Virus record (IMG/VR): IMGVR_UViG_3300049793_000099
Location: 1 to 64,000 of that record
Reading direction: 5' to 3' (one strand)
Source: a virus
DNA: 64,000 nt
Positions within the stretch are counted from its first letter, which is position 1. Each line of letters begins with the position of its first letter. Positions 59,617-64,000 of the stretch are shown piece by piece. The translations under genes were made by a program, and so were the position numbers. Below the pieces are notes generated by a model. That model was not told where the DNA came from, made no database searches, and saw only the letters and a program-made list of their open reading frames with translations.

Positions 59617-62600
59617 TTATTTACATCTTTTTTCGTATTCTTGAGGATACATTTGTTTAAACATTTCAAAATCTCTTAATTCTTTTTCAGAAGTTAAATT
59701 ACCTTCTTGTTTCTTTTTAAACAAAACATCCATTCTTCTAAAGTCAGTTTGTCTTTGTTTAGGATTTCTTTTCTCATTAAAAACTCTATCTTGAGTTTCT
59801 TTTATCTCAAAATTTTCCACAGTTCCAGGTATTTCTGACAAAGATAAGAAATTTTCCTGAGAATTCCTAATATTATTTAATAAATTATTTATTTCTATAT
59901 CTAATCTATTAAAATTACGTTCTTTTTTAAAAAGTTCATTTAATCTATTTAATATATTTTCAGATGCTTTTTTAGATATACTATAAAAATTTTTTATTAA
60001 ATCCTGTTCTGATAATTTACCATCATTTATATCACTTCTTAAAATATAACGAGCTAATATCAAAACATTATTAGTAGTTAAATTATTTTTTAAATATTCA
60101 ACTTCTATTTTTGACGCTTTAAATTTTTCTTGAACATCCTTAATAATTTCTTGATTATTTCCAAATAAACTATCGAATCCAGTATTATCAATTTTAACCT
60201 CAACACCTGATTCCGAAACTTTAGGTTGATTAGTTACTGTAATACTTGTATTTAAATAAATATTAGTGTAACCTTGAAATGTTGGTTCATTAACTACTGC
60301 ATTAGTAGATAATATATTGTTATCAACTAAATATTTAAGATAATCTGCAGAATTAGATTTAAGATTAGTTTTAGTATTATCAATTTCAGATTTAGGATTA
60401 ATCTTAATCTGATGTCTTTTTTGATTAATTAAGAAATCTATAATTTCATTTTGATCTTGTTCAATTGTATCTATTGTAGATTCTTTATCACCATAATATA
60501 GAATTCCATTAACAATTTGCATTTGAGATTTAATATTTGCTGATTGATATATTAATAAATCAATAATTTCTTGAAGTTTAATATCATTTTTATTACCCCC
60601 AATAATATTTAATTCAGCTTCAAAATTAGTTGTAATAGTTTCTTTTAAATCATTATTAACTTCAGAAATAGTTGTATCTAGTGATTTCTCATTAGTTATA
60701 ATTTCTTTATAAATTTCATAAAGTAAAACTGCTTCACTTTCACTAATTTTTTTAATATTAAGTTTTAAAGGAAAAAGTTTACCATTAGTTTGAGGAATAG
60801 TTAAATATATCTCACCTGCTGCATTTGGCTTAATCTTATCGTTATTAAATTCAAATATTTTATCATTTAATATATTTTGTAATTTACCAAATGAATTTAT
60901 AACATAAATATTTTCTCTAATATAATTTAAATCTTTAATTCCATTTAATTGAAGAATATTATTATTAGCAAATCTATTGCTATCTACTTTTAACAATCCT
61001 TTATATTGATCTTGTATTGTAGTTTTAATATCATTAATAGATATACCTTTAATTAAATTATTAACAATTTCAATTCTTAATAATTCTGTAGCAATATTTA
61101 TATCATTTGTAATCCTTCTAGTTTCAATTGGAGCTTTAACCTCATTTGTAAATTGTACATTAATAGGTAAGAAATCTATTAATAATTTAGGATTAGAAAA
61201 ATCTTTATTGTTAAACGCATTTAAAGCTACTATTACTTTAGGATTTTTACCAGGATTTTGATTAATTTCAAATCCAACTTCTTTACCAGATTTATTAACA
61301 GGTTCTCTTTCATATTCTAAATACAAAGGAAATTGTTCTGATATAAAATTTAAAGGTAAACCTGTATTTCTATCTGTACTAATAACTTTAACACCTAATC
61401 CATAATCTACTTCGCTATTCTGAATACTTTTAAGCTCTTCTGAGGTGTTATTTTCATTCTCTTGAGGTATAAGTTCATCTGTAACAATTGATCCTTCTGT
61501 AGCTGTTAAACCATCATACGTTGTTACATTATTAAAATCACTATCTTCTTGAGTAGCATTAACTCTTTCTTCATTATTAATAACTTCTTCTTTAGCGATG
61601 ATTTCAACTTTTTTCTCATTAGCTTTTTGTTGAAGAACTTTATCTACATTAGTATTTGTTTTAGGTAAATTATCTAATTCATCAGTAGTTGTAGCATTAT
61701 TAATTACTTGTGAAATTTCTTCTGCTTTAGCTACTATTTCTGGAGAAGTTGCTTCTTGAAGTTTCTTTTTAGCTACAACTTCATTATTAATCTTATTATT
61801 TAACCATTCATTATCCCAAATAGTACTATTTGTAGCTTCTTCAAAATCTTTAAGTTGTTCTTCAACTTTAATAATTTGAGAATTAACTAGATTTAATCTA
61901 GGATTATTTGTTTTAGTTTTAATAGTTTTAAAAATATCTTCTGTTTTACCTTCAATATAATTAGGATTTATAATTTCAATAATTGATGAATTAGTTTCTA
62001 AATCAGCTCTTTGTTTCTGTAATTTTTGTAATTTATCCTTAGCATCAAATTCTTCAGCTCTGTCAGATATAAATGTAGAACCAACTCTATTCATAAAGTC
62101 AACAAGATGTTCTTCTGTAACTTCTGGATTATCAATTCTAATAATTGAAGCAGCCGTATCTTTATAAGAACTTAAATCCTTTTGAAGAGATGTTGCTTTT
62201 TTCATTATTTTATCAACTCTTTCAATATTTTCTTTATTGATTTTAACTTGTTCTTCTGAAATATCTTTTGAAGTTTCTGTTGGAAATGCTACTTTTAAAT
62301 ATTCATGTAATCCATCTAATGTAACTTGATCTTCACCTATAAACTTTTGAATAAGATTGAACTCTGCTTGACCTTTTAAGTATTCAATAGTATTAGTATC
62401 ACTTTCTTGAATAGCTTTATCATAAATTTGAGAATGTTGTTCAGTTAAATCTAAAGCATTTTTAACTTTAACAACAGCTTCAGGAATAAATACTTTTTTA
62501 CCATTAACTAATTTATCTCTAGTTGAAACTTCACCAGTTTCAGGATTAGTATATTCCTCTTGTTTGTAAAGATTTGTTTTAACTACATCTTGATAAGCAG

Positions 62601-64000
62601 TAGATTCACCATTAATTTTATCACGAAGTCTTTCAGTTTGCTTTCTATCTGCAATATCTTGACCATGTCCTGTAATTACTGATATAGGAGAACCCATCAT
62701 CCCACCTAAAAAACCAGCAATTTGACCTTCTGTAGTACCTAAAGTTTTAATAAAATCTGAACCAAATGTAAGTGGATTGTAATCATTTAAACGACTATTA
62801 CCTAATTTACCTTTTATTGCAGAATCAACATTTCTATTTTCTGTAACTGTTTGAGCTATTTCTTCAGAACCTTCTGATAAAAATGTTTCTCCAATTCTTT
62901 CACCAGCTTTCTTTAAACTTTCTTTAAATCCTGTTTTTTCAATACTTCCAATTTTATCTAATAATACTTTAGATGGAGTTTTACCAAATAACATTTTAGA
63001 TTGAATATAATTAGGAACAGCTAAGATAGCAATATTTTTAATAAATGTGTTTTGCATCGCTAAAGCTTTTTGTTCTTTAAAAGCTTCTTCTACAGTCTTA
63101 TTACTTATATCGTTAGATAGTTTATTATATTCATCAATATTTATTTCACCATTTCTTCTACGAATATCTAATTCTTGCAATGCTTTCGATTGTTGAGCTG
63201 GATAATTTTGTATAAACTCACCTTTTCTAGAGTCTAAATCATCAGAAACACCTTTAGCTTCAGAACCTGCTTCCGCAATAGTATTAAATGCAGGAATCAT
63301 ATATTGATCTATTTTATCTATAGTAATACCCGCTTCCATTAAAGCTTTTCTACCAGCTTCCATCCCTTCACCATATTTAGCTAATTTAGCAGCTTTGATA
63401 GATGCTCCAAATAATGAATTAGCACCCCCCGCCAATTTAAATATTGCACCTGGAGCTAACATTCCTAACATGAATCCTGCACCATCAGCACCATCTTCTG
63501 CCCAAAATGCAGAGGATGATACTTTATCAAAAAAATCACCATTTTTAACTGATTCTTTAGTGTAAACAGGCAATGCTTCTTTAACTTTTTCATCTAATCC
63601 ATCAAAATATTTAACCCATTGATTGTTAAATGCTGTTTCAAAACCTTCATTTTTATCAGCAAATGGTGATATTGCAATACCTCCAATTACACCAGGAAGT
63701 TTAGCTACTTCTACTGCAGCTTTAGCTCCTGCTCTAGCTAAACCAATTCCTAAATGATCTAACCCAGATTGTTGTTCTGCACGATGTTCATTTATAGAAC
63801 CTTGTATATTATCAGGATTTATATCAGCACCCCAGTTTAAATTTTCATCATAAACAGAGTTTCCATAATCAGTATTGATAGCCAATACACCAGATGTATT
63901 TCTTCCAAACATTGTAGATGTTGGGCTTGGTTTACTTTGGGTAGTGTTATTTTTTTTATCTCGATCTTTAAAATAATCATCGTATGTTTTTCTTCCGTTT
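59617..64000 (-). CDS. Giant virion (ejected) protein; frame is open to the right edge
   Basis: No stop between 63912 and 64000; Gly/Ala-rich membrane-like segments and EG.EE..Q motif. Confidence 0.7.
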   Translation of the reverse strand, partial: NGRKTYDDYFKDRDKKNNTTQSKPSPTSTMFGRNTSGVLAINTDYGNSVYDENLNWGADINPDNIQGSINEHRAEQQSGLDHLGIGLARAGAKAAVEVAKLPGVIGGIAISPFADKNEGFETAFNNQWVKYFDGLDEKVKEALPVYTKESVKNGDFFDKVSSSAFWAEDGADGAGFMLGMLAPGAIFKLAGGANSLFGASIKAAKLAKYGEGMEAGRKALMEAGITIDKIDQYMIPAFNTIAEAGSEAKGVSDDLDSRKGEFIQNYPAQQSKALQELDIRRRNGEINIDEYNKLSNDISNKTVEEAFKEQKALAMQNTFIKNIAILAVPNYIQSKMLFGKTPSKVLLDKIGSIEKTGFKESLKKAGERIGETFLSEGSEEIAQTVTENRNVDSAIKGKLGNSRLNDYNPLTFGSDFIKTLGTTEGQIAGFLGGMMGSPISVITGHGQDIADRKQTERLRDKINGESTAYQDVVKTNLYKQEEYTNPETGEVSTRDKLVNGKKVFIPEAVVKVKNALDLTEQHSQIYDKAIQESDTNTIEYLKGQAEFNLIQKFIGEDQVTLDGLHEYLKVAFPTETSKDISEEQVKINKENIERVDKIMKKATSLQKDLSSYKDTAASIIRIDNPEVTEEHLVDFMNRVGSTFISDRAEEFDAKDKLQKLQKQRADLETNSSIIEIINPNYIEGKTEDIFKTIKTKTNNPRLNLVNSQIIKVEEQLKDFEEATNSTIWDNEWLNNKINNEVVAKKKLQEATSPEIVAKAEEISQVINNATTTDELDNLPKTNTNVDKVLQQKANEKKVEIIAKEEVINNEERVNATQEDSDFNNVTTYDGLTATEGSIVTDELIPQENENNTSEELKSIQNSEVDYGLGVKVISTDRNTGLPLNFISEQFPLYLEYEREPVNKSGKEVGFEINQNPGKNPKVIVALNAFNNKDFSNPKLLIDFLPINVQFTNEVKAPIETRRITNDINIATELLRIEIVNNLIKGISINDIKTTIQDQYKGLLKVDSNRFANNNILQLNGIKDLNYIRENIYVINSFGKLQNILNDKIFEFNNDKIKPNAAGEIYLTIPQTNGKLFPLKLNIKKISESEAVLLYEIYKEIITNEKSLDTTISEVNNDLKETITTNFEAELNIIGGNKNDIKLQEIIDLLIYQSANIKSQMQIVNGILYYGDKESTIDTIEQDQNEIIDFLINQKRHQIKINPKSEIDNTKTNLKSNSADYLKYLVDNNILSTNAVVNEPTFQGYTNIYLNTSITVTNQPKVSESGVEVKIDNTGFDSLFGNNQEIIKDVQEKFKASKIEVEYLKNNLTTNNVLILARYILRSDINDGKLSEQDLIKNFYSISKKASENILNRLNELFKKERNFNRLDIEINNLLNNIRNSQENFLSLSEIPGTVENFEIKETQDRVFNEKRNPKQRQTDFRRMDVLFKKKQEGNLTSEKELRDFEMFKQMYPQEYEKRCK

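Noticed and set aside
16303-64000. Genome-wide stop-codon reassignment as in some crAss-like phages
   Set aside because: All long genes are intact in code 11, and TAG and TGA terminate genes at coupled junctions
1-64000. CRISPR array, integrase, reverse transcriptase, canonical tRNAs
   Set aside because: No regularly spaced repeats and no matching motifs seen by eye; a short or divergent element could have been missed

Overview
This is a 64-kb, very AT-rich fragment of a crAss-like phage genome (Crassvirales / Cellulophaga phi14:2-like), read in standard code 11. The host is probably a Bacteroidota, given TAnnTTTG promoters and A-rich starts without Shine-Dalgarno sites. (1) 1-7.6 kb, minus strand: GroEL, a GIY-YIG endonuclease, GroES-like, IHF-like, PhoH, ClpP-like and a structured ~320-nt leader. 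(2) 7.8-16.2 kb, plus strand: a low-density early region with small or decaying ORFs, a tmRNA with a 30-aa tag and several structured RNA candidates. It also holds a tRNA-like element fused to a putative sRNA antisense to start-codon regions, and a DGR TR/VR pair with no reverse transcriptase in the window. (3) 16.3-49 kb, plus strand: PolB, a DnaB-like helicase split by a group I intron, Sak4-like ATPase, SSB, primase, an eight-enzyme phiEco32-type amidoligase/ATP-grasp/GATase/GGCT cluster, a degenerate UDG, RusA, an exonuclease, NrdAB, an SF2 helicase and ThyX. (4) 49.1-64 kb, minus strand: three giant virion proteins, including the virion RNA polymerase. All assignments come from motif reading by eye; no searches were run.
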